Source of the DNA: Gemmatimonadales bacterium
GTDB lineage: Bacteria > Gemmatimonadota > Gemmatimonadetes > Gemmatimonadales > GWC2-71-9
Reading direction: 5' to 3'
Length of the DNA: 64,000 bases
Assembly: GCA_965249575.1 (NCBI GenBank)
Contig: OZ252244.1
Coordinates: 2,976,001 to 3,040,000, forward strand
Shown here: piece by piece, positions 30,427 to 40,277 of the stretch
Layout: every line of letters starts with the position of its first letter
Position numbering within the stretch: the first letter of the stretch is position 1
The notes under the pieces: model-generated
Seen by the model: only the letters and a program-made list of their open reading frames with translations
The model's database searches: none
Told to the model about the DNA's origin: nothing
Program-made: the position numbers and the translations under genes

Positions 30427-32938
30427 CGCGCGCCAACTCCGCCGCCGGCGTTCGAGCCGCACGGAATGCAGGGTACAGACTCGCCACCGCGGCGGCGAGC
30501 AGGATGACAATGCACTGCTGCGCAACCGCCAGCACGGGCCAGGAGAATTGGATGGTCCACCCGAAATAGGCCCGATTGATGACGAGGATCAGCACGGTCG
30601 CGAGGACGAGACCCATTCCGAGGCCGATAACGAGCCCGAAACCGCCCATCGCGAGGCCCTTGTACACAAGGATGCGCGAGATCTGGGCGCGGCTCGCCCC
30701 GAGAGCGCGGTAGAGCGCGAGCTCCGATATGCGTTCCCGAACGAATACGAGGAGCGTCAGCGTGATCCCGCTCGCGGCGATCACGAGGGTCATCCCCTGA
30801 AGGATACGCGTGATGGCGAACGTTTGATCGAAGATTCTCAGCGCCTGCACTCGAATAGAGCGATTGCTGCGAATCGCCAGTGGAGCGCGTGCGAAACGGC
30901 TCTTCACATCGTCGATCACCGCCTCAGTCTGGGTGGCGGAGTCGAGGTATAGCGCGACACCCGACACCGGGCCGGGGCCGAAACGGGCCTCGAACGTTGC
31001 GATATCGAGAATGGCCGCCCCGCGTTCCGTTGCGTAGTCGTAATAGACCCCTGCGATTGGGAAGCTCAGAATGCCCGCAGGCCCGTACAGCTCCAGTACG
31101 TCGCCCGCGCGCAGCGCGGCTTTGCGGGATAGCGGCTCGCTGATCAGAATCGCTCCGTTCTTGCGAACCCTGCTGAACGCCTCGGACGGGTTGCCTTCCA
31201 GGAGTTGGATTCGACCCGCACCGTCGGCGATGCCGACGTCGATGCCGGCGAGCCCGATGCGGCGGCTCCCTGCATAGACAGGGAGCGTTCGGATTCGGTC
31301 GATGGCTCGAACGCGAGAATCGGCCGCGAGGGCTCCGATGAGCGCGGAATCGATGCCTGCCCTGCGTCCGGGTCCTCTTCCCGACGGGGAGATATAGACG
31401 TCGGCTTGAACGGTCGATCTGATCCAGACATCCAGGGTGCTTCGAAAACTCCCGATCATGAAGGTGATCGCGATCAGCATGCTCACCGCGATCGCGAGCG
31501 AGGAGATCGCAAATGCGCTCGTCCCGAGGCGGACGCCGAGCGTCTTCAACGCGTACACGAATCCAAATCCCCGCACCGTCAGTACCCGTGCGAGTCTCGC
31601 AACCACGAACGGCGTCAGGAGCGGGATCGCGGCGACCAACATGGTGGCGAGCACGAATCCGGCGGGCCGCCAGGATTGGCCGAAGCGCCAATACCAGTAG
31701 GCGGTCGCGGCGAGCTCAACGAGCCCGGCCACGAACAGTGGTGCTGCGAGTGTGCCGAACCGCTCGTGCAGGGTAAAAGCGGCGAGCAACGTCCTCGTGT
31801 CCCGCCGGCTCATGTCTAGGGCGGGGATGAGCGCGCCAAGGGTGGCTCCACCGATACCGATGACCGCCGCCAGCATGAAGAGCCTGCCGGGAACGTGGAG
31901 CGATTCGATCTCCTCTAGCAGGTAGAGGCTCGTGAGCGTGCCGCTCACGACGGCAACGTTGGCTTGAGCGGCCCAATACCCCAGGGGGAGGCCGAGGCAG
32001 ACGCCCAGCGCCCCCAGCAGCCCCGCCTCGCCCAGGATGAGCCCCAAGACCTGCCGGCGGGTCGCCCCCATCGACCGAAGCAGTCCGAACTCCGCCCGCC
32101 GGCGGACGAGGGCTGCCTGGACGCTGGTGTACACGAGAAAAAAGCCCACCAGCAGGCTGATGAAGCTGAGCGCGGTCAAGTTGAGCCGAAAGGCCTCCAG
32201 GAGGCGTGCAGCTTCCCGCCGCTGTTCTCCCGGCGTGATCACCTCCACCCCCGGTCCCAGGCGCGCCTGGAGGCGCGCCTGGACCGCCGAGGATCCTTCC
32301 TCGGCCCGCAAACTCACGTCGATTTGGTGGATCTCGCCCCGGGTGCCGAAGAGGTCTTGCGCCTGGGCGATGTCCATGACGGCCAGCCGGCGACTCGCCA
32401 GCGGGGCGATTCGCTCGAAGTCGAGCAGCCCGCCGATCACCAGGGTAACCACCCTGCCCGCTCCGATAACGCGAACCGAGTCGCCGGCCGCCCAGCCCAT
32501 GTCGTCGGCCAGTTTTTGGGTGACGGCCACCCAACCGGATTGCGCGAGGGATACCGCCGCATCGGCCGGCGGGCCCGCCCAGGCCACGCGAGGGGACGCG
32601 AAGAAGTCGACGCCGATCACGTCGAGGTAGATGCGGGAGGTGTCGGCGAGCGCCACGTCCGTTCGGAATATCGGCCGGGCCGTGGCTACTCCCGGCTCTG
32701 CGAGAACGGTGACGTACAGGCTCTCGGGAATCGTCGGGAGCCGGCCGCGTACGCTGAAGTCGGTGTCCCCGCTTACCGCCTCGACGCTCGCCCCGAAGGC
32801 GGCCAGGGCGCTCTGGTTGATGATTTGAATCGTGAGGACCGACGCCACCCCGAGGGCCACCCCCAGCACGGTCAGGATGTACAGCGTCCTCCCGCTCCTG
32901 AAATGGGCGCCAACCGTCCGCACGAAGTACCGCATCAC
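30416..32938 (-). CDS. ABC transporter permease, fused double FtsX/MacB-type
   Basis: GVALGVA, RRRAEFGLLRSMGA, ERISELALYRALGA and INRAYFGWTI. Confidence 0.92.
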   Translation of the reverse strand: MMRYFVRTVGAHFRSGRTLYILTVLGVALGVASVLTIQIINQSALAAFGASVEAVSGDTDFSVRGRLPTIPESLYVTVLAEPGVATARPIFRTDVALADTSRIYLDVIGVDFFASPRVAWAGPPADAAVSLAQSGWVAVTQKLADDMGWAAGDSVRVIGAGRVVTLVIGGLLDFERIAPLASRRLAVMDIAQAQDLFGTRGEIHQIDVSLRAEEGSSAVQARLQARLGPGVEVITPGEQRREAARLLEAFRLNLTALSFISLLVGFFLVYTSVQAALVRRRAEFGLLRSMGATRRQVLGLILGEAGLLGALGVCLGLPLGYWAAQANVAVVSGTLTSLYLLEEIESLHVPGRLFMLAAVIGIGGATLGALIPALDMSRRDTRTLLAAFTLHERFGTLAAPLFVAGLVELAATAYWYWRFGQSWRPAGFVLATMLVAAIPLLTPFVVARLARVLTVRGFGFVYALKTLGVRLGTSAFAISSLAIAVSMLIAITFMIGSFRSTLDVWIRSTVQADVYISPSGRGPGRRAGIDSALIGALAADSRVRAIDRIRTLPVYAGSRRIGLAGIDVGIADGAGRIQLLEGNPSEAFSRVRKNGAILISEPLSRKAALRAGDVLELYGPAGILSFPIAGVYYDYATERGAAILDIATFEARFGPGPVSGVALYLDSATQTEAVIDDVKSRFARAPLAIRSNRSIRVQALRIFDQTFAITRILQGMTLVIAASGITLTLLVFVRERISELALYRALGASRAQISRILVYKGLAMGGFGLVIGLGMGLVLATVLILVINRAYFGWTIQFSWPVLAVAQQCIVILLAAAVASLYPAFRAARTPAAELARDDL

Positions 32939-33624
32939 GGCCGCTCGAGCCTTCCGCTGTGAAGCTGCCAGGTCTCGTCCGCGAGAGCTGCCAACTCCAG
33001 ACTGTGCGTTACGTAAACAACCGTGCTGTTTCCTTGGTCGGCCATGGACAGCAAGAGATCCATGACTTGCCGACTGGTGGCGTCGTCGAGGTTGCCGGTC
33101 GGCTCGTCAGCGAGCAGCAAGGGCGGGCGCCGGAGGAGGGAGCGGCAGATGGCGACCCGCTGCATCTCACCGCCACTCAACCGTTGAATCGAATCCTCAA
33201 CCCGGTCTGTCAGCCCCACGCGCCCGAGCAGCTCCAGCACGCGGCTGCTGAAGTCTTCCGATCGTGAGCCCGCAATGAGTTCCGGAAGCGCGACATTCTC
33301 CCGAACGGTGAGATGTGGCAGCAGGTAAAAGAACTGGAACACGAGCCCGATGCGCTCCCGCCGGAGCAGCGTGCGGGAGTGTTCGGACAGCGCGCCAAGG
33401 TCGTGGCCGTCCAGCAGCACTGACCCATCCGTGGGCACGTCGATCCCGGCGGCCAGGTTGAGGAGCGTCGATTTCCCGCTGCCGCTCCGCCCGACCACAG
33501 CGATCCGGCGCCCCGGGGGGACGTCGAAGCTGACGCGCTCGAGCGCGAACCGGCTGCCGCTTCCCAAGCTGTCGTAACGCTTGGAGACGTTACGAAACGC
33601 CACGGCCGAGATGTCGGGGGTCAT
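32935..33624 (-). CDS. ABC transporter ATP-binding protein (LolD-like)
   Basis: GRSGSGKST, LSGGEMQRVAI, LADEPTGNLD and VTH. Confidence 0.95.
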   Translation of the reverse strand: MTPDISAVAFRNVSKRYDSLGSGSRFALERVSFDVPPGRRIAVVGRSGSGKSTLLNLAAGIDVPTDGSVLLDGHDLGALSEHSRTLLRRERIGLVFQFFYLLPHLTVRENVALPELIAGSRSEDFSSRVLELLGRVGLTDRVEDSIQRLSGGEMQRVAICRSLLRRPPLLLADEPTGNLDDATSRQVMDLLLSMADQGNSTVVYVTHSLELAALADETWQLHSGRLERP

Positions 33625-33765
33625 GTCGCGGGAGCCTAGCGGGAGCGGCGCGGCGGCGTCAAGCGGTTGTGGACCGCGGAGTGTCGCAATAGGGTTCCAT
33701 CCCTCCGGCACGCTCGTAGGCCCGAGGGGATCTCAGCTTGCCTTGGAGGCTCCATACAGTACGCC

Positions 33766-34752
33766 GTGAGCCAGTTTCGCCCCGCATGGTGGCTCCGCGG
33801 GCCACACGCTCAGACCCTCGGCGCTCGCCTGCTGCGGCGCAGGCGAGGGGTGGCACTCGCGCGCGAGCGGGTCGAAACGCCGGACGGCGATTTCCTCGAT
33901 CTGGACTTTGCGGAATCCGGTGAGCGGGGTGGGTCTCCCAACGTACCAGTCGTACTCGTGCTTCATGGCCTCGAGGGGTCGTCAGAGTCGAAGTACGCGC
34001 TCGAGGCCCACCGGGGCTTGGCGGCCCGGGGTCTCCAGGGAGTCGGCCTGAACTTCCGGTCGTGCAGTGGCGAACTCAATCGAACCAAACGCCTGTACCA
34101 TTCCGGTGAGACCGGCGATCTGGCGTACGTGCTGGACCTGTTGGCACGGCGGTTCCCCGGCTCGAAGCTCGGCGCGATCGGGTTTTCGCTGGGTGGAAAC
34201 GTCCTTCTCAAGTATCTGGGAGAGACGGGGAGCGACGATCGGGCGCCACTCCTGTCGGCCGCGGTGGCGATCTCGGTGCCGTTCGATCTGGGCGCGGGAG
34301 CAGACTATCTCGAGAGGGGATTGTCCCGCCTCTATCGGTGGCGCCTGGTTCGCTCACTGCAGCAGAAGGTGCGGGCCAAGGCCGGGCTGCTGGGTGATGC
34401 GGTGGACCTCCAGTGCTCGCTAGCGGCTCGAACGTTCCGGGAATTCGACGATGCGGCTACGGCGCCGCTGCACGGATTCGCCGGGGCCGAAGACTACTAC
34501 CGGCGATCGAGCTCTGCCCCCTACCTGTCACGCGTGCGCGTTCCAACGCTGGTGATCCACTCCCTGGACGATCCGTTCCTGCCCGCCGCCGCCGTCCCGC
34601 AACACGAGGCGTCGGGCAACCCAAATATCGTAGGGGTGTTCACGAAGAGCGGGGGCCACGTGGGTTTCGTCAGCGGGGAGGCTCCGTGGGCCCCCGCGTT
34701 CTGGGCGGAACAGGAGGCGACCAGGTTCGTGAGCGTGATGCTCGGGCCGTGA
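33766..34752 (+). CDS. YheT-family alpha/beta hydrolase
   Basis: GPHAQT, DGDFLDLD, HGLEGSS, GFSLGG, DDPF and GGHVGF. Confidence 0.92.
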   Translation: MSQFRPAWWLRGPHAQTLGARLLRRRRGVALARERVETPDGDFLDLDFAESGERGGSPNVPVVLVLHGLEGSSESKYALEAHRGLAARGLQGVGLNFRSCSGELNRTKRLYHSGETGDLAYVLDLLARRFPGSKLGAIGFSLGGNVLLKYLGETGSDDRAPLLSAAVAISVPFDLGAGADYLERGLSRLYRWRLVRSLQQKVRAKAGLLGDAVDLQCSLAARTFREFDDAATAPLHGFAGAEDYYRRSSSAPYLSRVRVPTLVIHSLDDPFLPAAAVPQHEASGNPNIVGVFTKSGGHVGFVSGEAPWAPAFWAEQEATRFVSVMLGP

Positions 34753-34780
34753 CTCCTTCGGGGCCCGGACCACGTCCCGC

Positions 34781-35383
34781 CTAGGTTCGGATTGCCGCGA
34801 GCCCACTCCGCAACGCGTCGTTCCAGCGCTCGTGCTGCCGCGCGCGGTTGAGGGGAAGCGGTTCCGTGGGCTCACTCCCCCCGGATTTAAGTGCGCGCTG
34901 CCACCAACCGACGTCGTGCCACGCACCGAGCTTGTACCCGACCGATCGATACACCCCAACCGGTTCGAATCGGAGGCGCTCGTGCAGCGATACGCTCGCG
35001 GGATTCGGGAGGGTGATCGCCGCGTAGGCTCGGTAGAATCCCTGGAGCGTGAGAACCGCAAAGAGTGATTCGTAGAGCGCCCGCCCGACACCCGATTGGC
35101 GATGGTCCGCTCCGACGTACACCGATACCTCGACCGACCAGCGATACGCCGCGCGAGTCCGAAACGCGCCAGCGTACGCGTATCCCTTGACCGCGCCCTC
35201 GCTCTCGCATACGAGCCAGGGCCGTTCGGGCAAGGTGCTCGTGATCCTGCGAGCCATCTCGGTCTTGGGCGGCGGCTCGGTCTCGAACGAGATCGCGGTA
35301 TCGCGGACGATCGGGACATAGATCGCCAACACCCCGTCCGCATCGTCCTCGGTCACCAGCCGGATCACGTGCTCAGTGGACAT
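34781..35383 (-). CDS. GNAT N-acetyltransferase (Pat/YncA-like)
   Basis: ISFETEPP, GYAYA, EVSVYV, NPASVSLHE and VGYKLGAWHDVGWW. Confidence 0.92.
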   Translation of the reverse strand: MSTEHVIRLVTEDDADGVLAIYVPIVRDTAISFETEPPPKTEMARRITSTLPERPWLVCESEGAVKGYAYAGAFRTRAAYRWSVEVSVYVGADHRQSGVGRALYESLFAVLTLQGFYRAYAAITLPNPASVSLHERLRFEPVGVYRSVGYKLGAWHDVGWWQRALKSGGSEPTEPLPLNRARQHERWNDALRSGLAAIRT

Positions 35384-35516
35384 CGGTCAGTCGTCATTGT
35401 TCATTGGTCAGTGGTCAGTGGTCAGTGGTCAGTGGTCAGTGGTCAGTGGTCAGTGGTCAGTGGTCAGTGGTCAGTGGTCAGCGGTCAGTGGTCAGTGGTC
35501 AATGGTCAATGGTCAA
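35384..35516. repeat. Heptamer tandem repeat (TGGTCAG)n
   Basis: 16 units at 35405-35516 (12 TGGTCAG, 1 CGGTCAG, 3 TGGTCAA) plus 3 degenerate in-register units from 35384. Confidence 0.97.
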
Positions 35517-35587
35517 TGTTGTTGCTCGATCTTCAAGGCTCGATGTTCAGTGATCAATGTCCAATACTCAATGAAGGGAACTCCGTA

Positions 35588-36019
35588 ATGCCAACCAGCA
35601 GCGCACGCGCGACGTGGGAGGGTGGGCTCAAGGCTGGGAAAGGCGTCTACTCCGCGGCATCCGGGTCGTTTGAGGGCCGCTACTCCTTCACAACCCGGTT
35701 CGAGGGAGCCGCGGGCACCAATCCCGAGGAGCTGATTGCCGCGGCTCACGCCGCCTGTCTCAGCATGGCGCTCTCTGCCGGGCTCGAGAAAGCGGGTACA
35801 CCCGCTACCCGCATTTCAACTGCGGCCGCTTGCACCCTCGAGATGGTTGGAGGCGGGCCCAAGATCACGAAGATGGAGCTCGAGGTCCGCGGTTCGGTGC
35901 CCGAGATCGACCAATCCGCTTTCGCCGAGGCGGCTGAGAACGCCAAGAACAACTGTCCGGTCTCGGGCGCCCTCAAGGACAACGTCCAGTTCGTTCTGTC
36001 GGCGCAACTCGAACAATGA
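35588..36019 (+). CDS. osmC: OsmC peroxiredoxin
   Basis: ATWEG.LK.GKG, TRFE, GTNPEELIAAAHAAC and NCPVS. Confidence 0.93.
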   Translation: MPTSSARATWEGGLKAGKGVYSAASGSFEGRYSFTTRFEGAAGTNPEELIAAAHAACLSMALSAGLEKAGTPATRISTAAACTLEMVGGGPKITKMELEVRGSVPEIDQSAFAEAAENAKNNCPVSGALKDNVQFVLSAQLEQ

Positions 36020-36079
36020 TCCCGTCGCCGCGCTAACGGCTTCACCACGACGCCACCCGATTGGCAACGGCGGGGTTCC

Positions 36080-37159
36080 TTGGATCCACTCTGTCATACC
36101 TTGGTCGGTGCCGCCCTCGGCGAAGCGGGTCTCAAACGCTCGACGCCTTTGGCGATGCCCGGGCTCGTCATCGGGGCGAATCTCCCCGATGTCGACGTGG
36201 CGGCCCATGCCTGGGGAGGGCTGGCCGCCCTGGAGTTCCGTAGGGGGTGGACGCATGGCATCCTGGCACTGGCGGTCCTGCCGCTCGTCTTGGTGGGCCT
36301 GCTCCTATTATGGGATCGCCTGGTTCGACGACGACAGCGTAGCCCTGAACGGGCCGCCGATCCGCGAGCGCTCATGCTGCTGGCGTACGCCGCGGTGCTG
36401 ACCCATCCGTTCCTGGACTATCTGAATACCTACGGGATGCGATGGCTCATGCCGTTCAGGGACGAATGGTATTACGGAGACGCGCTGTTCATTATCGACC
36501 CCTGGATTTGGGGCGCGCTCGGCATTGGGGTCTACCTTACCCGCCGGCTCAACAGACACAAGGCGGCCCAGATCGCGGCGCGGCCTGCCCGAATCGCACT
36601 CGGCTTGGTGGCCGGCTACATCCTGCTGATGGGCGTCTCGGCAGTCAGTTCCCGCAGGCTGGTAGGGGGATTTCTAGCCGAAGGCCTCCAGGTTTCGGTC
36701 AACCACCTGATGGTTGCACCGATCCCCGGGAATCCGATTTCCCGGGATGTACTCCTCTCGTCGAACGGGCAATACCACCGCGCGCGCTTCCGGTGATTGC
36801 CGCAGCCCCGGATGGAGCGCCAGGTCGAACAGGCGAGGTGGTGGGTCGGGTCCCCCGCCACGACCGTATCGACGGGAGAATCGCATCCGGCCGCGGTTGC
36901 AGCGGCTGCGACCCGCGAGGGGCGCGCGTTCCTCCATTGGTCCCGGTTCCCCTATTTCCGTATTCAAGAGATTGACGGCGGATATCGAGTACGAATCGTG
37001 GATGCCAGGTATGAGGCCGACTGGGCGTCACTCGTTCTGGACGTACCGGGAGCCCTGGCGGCCGAGACCCGACTCCGTGACCCCCAACCGGACGCGACCA
37101 AGGTGAGCGCGCTGGGCATTGGCCTCGAAGCCGCCCCGCGCGGGGAGGACCGTCGATGA
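36080..37159 (+). CDS. Inner-membrane metal-dependent hydrolase (YdjM/DUF457-like); in-frame TGA at 36794-36796
   Basis: DPLCHTL, NLPDVD, RRGWTH, HPFLD..NTYG and FIIDP; the frame continues after the TGA to FL.WSRFP...DARY. Confidence 0.85.
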
Positions 37160-38253
37160 ACGTGAAACGCGCATTGGCGATCGAGAACGCTCTGTTACTC
37201 CTGTTGGTGTTCGTCCCCGTGGCCGTCGTGCTCGAGATCGTGCATGCTGGCGCGGTGTACATCTTCGTCGTGTCGGCGCTCGCCATCATTCCGCTCGCCG
37301 CGTTGATGGGCCGGGCCACCGAGCACCTGGCGGCGCGGTTGGGGGAGGGAATCGGTGGGCTGCTCAATGCCACGTTCGGGAACGCGGCCGAGCTGATCAT
37401 CGCGTTCATGGGATTGCGGGCCGGCCTGTATGGAGTGGTCAAGGCGTCAATCACGGGATCGATCATCGGGAACGTGCTCTTGATCTTCGGCTTGAGCGCC
37501 TTGGTGGGCGGCGTTGGCCGGCGCGCTCAGTCGTTCAATCGCACGGCGGCGAGCTTGGGCTCAACGCTCCTCTTCCTGAGCGCCGTCGGGCTGCTGATCC
37601 CGGCCATCTTCCACCGCATCGTGGGCGCCGACTTCGCCGCCGACGAGCGGACGCTCAGCCTCGAGATCGCGATCGTCCTCATGACGACTTACGTCCTGAG
37701 CCTCGTATTTGCGCTCAAGACACATCGGCACCTCTACACGGGGGGGCCCGCGAGCCACGAGGCCGACGCCCTATCGGGCGACGTGCATTGGTCCCGAGCC
37801 CAGTCCGCGGCCACACTAGTGGGAACTACCGCCCTGATCGCGCTCATGAGCGAGTTCCTGGTGGGCTCAATCGAAGAGACCGCCTCACAGCTCGGAATGA
37901 GCGACGTCTTCGTCGGCGTCATCCTAATCGCCATCATCGGTAACGCGGCAGAGCATTCGGCGGCTGTCTTGATGGCCATCAAGGACAAGATGGACCTGGC
38001 GATCAACATCGCGGTGGGCTCGTCGATTCAGGTGGCCCTGTTCGTCGCGCCTCTTTTGGTCTTCGCAAGCTACTGGATCGGGCCCAGGCCGATGGACCTG
38101 CGCTTCACCACGCTCGAGGTCGTCGCCGTCGTCCTCGCCGCGGTCTCCATGTCGCAGATCGCGAACGATGGGGAGACGAACTGGATGGAGGGTGTTCAGC
38201 TTCTGGCGGTCTACTGCATCCTGGGCATGGTGTTCTTCATAATGCCGACGTGA
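37156..38253 (+). CDS. cax: Ca2+/H+ antiporter (CAX family)
   Basis: [28 protein letters not shown] and NWMEG. Confidence 0.95.
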   Translation: MNVKRALAIENALLLLLVFVPVAVVLEIVHAGAVYIFVVSALAIIPLAALMGRATEHLAARLGEGIGGLLNATFGNAAELIIAFMGLRAGLYGVVKASITGSIIGNVLLIFGLSALVGGVGRRAQSFNRTAASLGSTLLFLSAVGLLIPAIFHRIVGADFAADERTLSLEIAIVLMTTYVLSLVFALKTHRHLYTGGPASHEADALSGDVHWSRAQSAATLVGTTALIALMSEFLVGSIEETASQLGMSDVFVGVILIAIIGNAAEHSAAVLMAIKDKMDLAINIAVGSSIQVALFVAPLLVFASYWIGPRPMDLRFTTLEVVAVVLAAVSMSQIANDGETNWMEGVQLLAVYCILGMVFFIMPT

Positions 38254-38363
38254 CGGCGCATCTCGTAACGGCGCAGGGGCCTAGAAGAGACTTCTGGCGA
38301 CTGATCCACGGCCCTGTCGCCCGCCACGCTCGGAGGCCTATCGGAAAAGAGGATCTACTACAC

Positions 38364-38394
38364 AAAAAAAAGGGCGAGCACCTGGCGCTCGCCC
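38364..38394 (-). terminator. Rho-independent terminator of the 38415..38891 gene
   Basis: GGGCGAGC/GCTCGCCC stem followed by 8 U on the minus strand. Confidence 0.85.
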
Positions 38395-38414
38395 CAACTG
38401 TCGGTCCAGTAGCT

Positions 38415-38891
38415 TCAGTCCGCCGCCGCCACCTGGATCTCACTCCACGGCGCGTCATTTCGACGGTTGTGCCGTCGCACGGCATCGCGCGCGGCCGCCA
38501 CGCCGGCGACTACGTGGCGAACGAATGGCTCGGGAAGCTCCGTGCTGCCAGCAGCGATCGTGATGGAGGCCACGAAGTCGTTCAAGAAGCATGGCCGCTC
38601 TGATGGGCCGCCGTCGGCCCCTGCGAACACCCTGTTGTGTTCGACGCGCACGTCCAGTCGGACGCCGTCGCGATACCGGAACAGTGTCGCGGCCACGTCG
38701 CCCCTGCCGATCTCGTCGGGAAACGAGAGCGCACTCGAGAGGCCGACTTCCCACTGCGCCACGCTCGTCACCTGCGGTTCCTCGCTGGTGACTGCCTGGA
38801 GTAAGTCGTCGACTCCCTGCACTAGGACGCCCAGCGACTCATCCAGCTCACTGGCAGTAAGAGCGGCTTTGGTGTTAACGCAGGCGTTCAT
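38415..38891 (-). CDS. Hypothetical protein
   Basis: GGAGG RBS, its own terminator and an upstream sigma54-like promoter; protein-like composition. Confidence 0.7.
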   Translation of the reverse strand: MNACVNTKAALTASELDESLGVLVQGVDDLLQAVTSEEPQVTSVAQWEVGLSSALSFPDEIGRGDVAATLFRYRDGVRLDVRVEHNRVFAGADGGPSERPCFLNDFVASITIAAGSTELPEPFVRHVVAGVAAARDAVRRHNRRNDAPWSEIQVAAAD

Positions 38892-38954
38892 CGTAATGCT
38901 CCGTGCCTCCTGAGTAACCGTATTGACCCCACACCTCGTTCCGTCCTCTACTAC

Positions 38955-38971
38955 AGCCAAGACCGTGCCAG
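38955..38971 (-). promoter_or_regulatory. Sigma54-like promoter
   Basis: Minus strand reads CTGGCACGGTCTTGGCT (TGGCAC-N5-TGGC). Confidence 0.55.
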
Positions 38972-39142
38972 GTTTCCCTAGTTATCGGCTCTTGGCGCCA
39001 ACGCGTTGAGGTTTCTGTGGTTAGGCAAACGGTCCTGTTCGGGGCGTGACTACCGTCACTCCCCATAGTATGGCGGTTGGCTACGGCTGTCCAGAAAGGG
39101 CTACATTTGGCCGCCCAGCGAAAACCAGCGGATTTTCCGTCG

Positions 39143-39171
39143 TTGACGTATCTTGCTGCCAGTCATAAACT
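39143..39171 (+). promoter_or_regulatory. Sigma70-type promoter for xdhC-mocA
   Basis: TTGACG-17 nt-TAAACT. Confidence 0.65.
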
Positions 39172-39197
39172 TAGGTGATTCTGGTACCAGGAGAATC

Positions 39198-40277
39198 ATG
39201 AAGGCCTGGCGGGAGACGTCGCAGATTGCCGTTCGATTGGCCGAACTTGCCGGAAAAGGTGCTCAGGCGGCCCTGGCCACCGTCATTGACATCGACGGGT
39301 CGACCTATCGCCGTCCTGGGGCCAAGCTCCTCGTCGAGGCTGGCGGTGAAGCGCTGGGCGGGGTGAGTGGTGGTTGTCTCGAGGCCGACGTGCGGGAAGT
39401 GGCGCGCGCGGTCGTCGATGAGCACTCCCCGCGGTTGCTTCGATACGACATGACGAACGATGACGGGAGCTTCGGGCTCGGGTTGGGCTGTCGGGGAATC
39501 GTGGACGTATTCGTTCAGCCGGCGACGGACCACTTGATCACCGCCGTTCGTGAGATCCAAACGCTGCTTGCCGGGCGGGAGGCCTTCGCGATCTCCACGG
39601 TCGTCGAGGGCGAGGGAGTTGGACGAACAGTCGTGACGAGATCGGGCGGTACGATCCGTGGATCTACCGGCGGCACGCAGCTCGATCGGGCGGTGGCGTC
39701 GCTGAGCGGTGAGCGTTTGGGTGACGGCGGGTCGGGCCTCGACACGTTGGGTGGAGCGCGGGTCTTCACGGAGGTCCTCGCTCCACCTCCGGACCTGGTC
39801 GTGTTCGGCGCCGGGGACGATTCGGTGTCCCTTGCCGCGTGCGCCTGGGACGTAGGGTTTCGCGTTACGGTCGTCGATCACCGCGCGGCGGCGCTCGAGC
39901 CGCAGCGGTTCCCCGAGGACGCGGTGCGCGTTCACCGGCGGCCCGCGGAAGGAGTCGAAGGGGTGCCGCTCCATGCGGAGTCCTACGTCGTCCTGAAGTT
40001 GCATTCCCTCGACCACGATCGTGCCTGGCTCGAACAGATACTGCGTACCCCCGCGCCCTACGTCGGCGTGCTCGGTCCGCGGGCACGCACGGCGGAGATG
40101 CTCGCGGCGATCGGGGCGCCCATGTCGGAGCGTATCTTCGCCCCCGTGGGCATCGACCTCGCGGCGGAGGGAGCGGAGCAAGTCGCGCTCTCTATTGTTG
40201 CTGAGCTGCTCGCGGTGCGCTCGGGAAGGGCGCCAACCCACCTGCGTGAGAAACGGGGAGCGATTCATGTCGACTGA
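39198..40277 (+). CDS. xdhC: XdhC/CoxI family Moco insertion chaperone
   Basis: GSTYRRPGAK, GGVSGGCLE, GLGCRG, VFGAG, YVGVLGPR and APVGIDL. Confidence 0.92.
   Translation: MKAWRETSQIAVRLAELAGKGAQAALATVIDIDGSTYRRPGAKLLVEAGGEALGGVSGGCLEADVREVARAVVDEHSPRLLRYDMTNDDGSFGLGLGCRGIVDVFVQPATDHLITAVREIQTLLAGREAFAISTVVEGEGVGRTVVTRSGGTIRGSTGGTQLDRAVASLSGERLGDGGSGLDTLGGARVFTEVLAPPPDLVVFGAGDDSVSLAACAWDVGFRVTVVDHRAAALEPQRFPEDAVRVHRRPAEGVEGVPLHAESYVVLKLHSLDHDRAWLEQILRTPAPYVGVLGPRARTAEMLAAIGAPMSERIFAPVGIDLAAEGAEQVALSIVAELLAVRSGRAPTHLREKRGAIHVD

Noticed and set aside
35096..35588. ORFs encoding (WSVVSGQ)n, including the long N-terminal extension of OsmC
   Set aside because: These are translations of the heptamer DNA repeat; OsmC has its own ATG at 35588.
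11148..36796. Stop-codon reassignment or Pyl/Sec readthrough suggested by in-frame TAG (11148, 21162) and TGA (36794)
   Set aside because: Context implies different residues at each site (roughly E/Q/K, Y and W), and each is one substitution from a sense codon. TAG and TGA terminate many intact genes here, and no pyl or sel genes are present.
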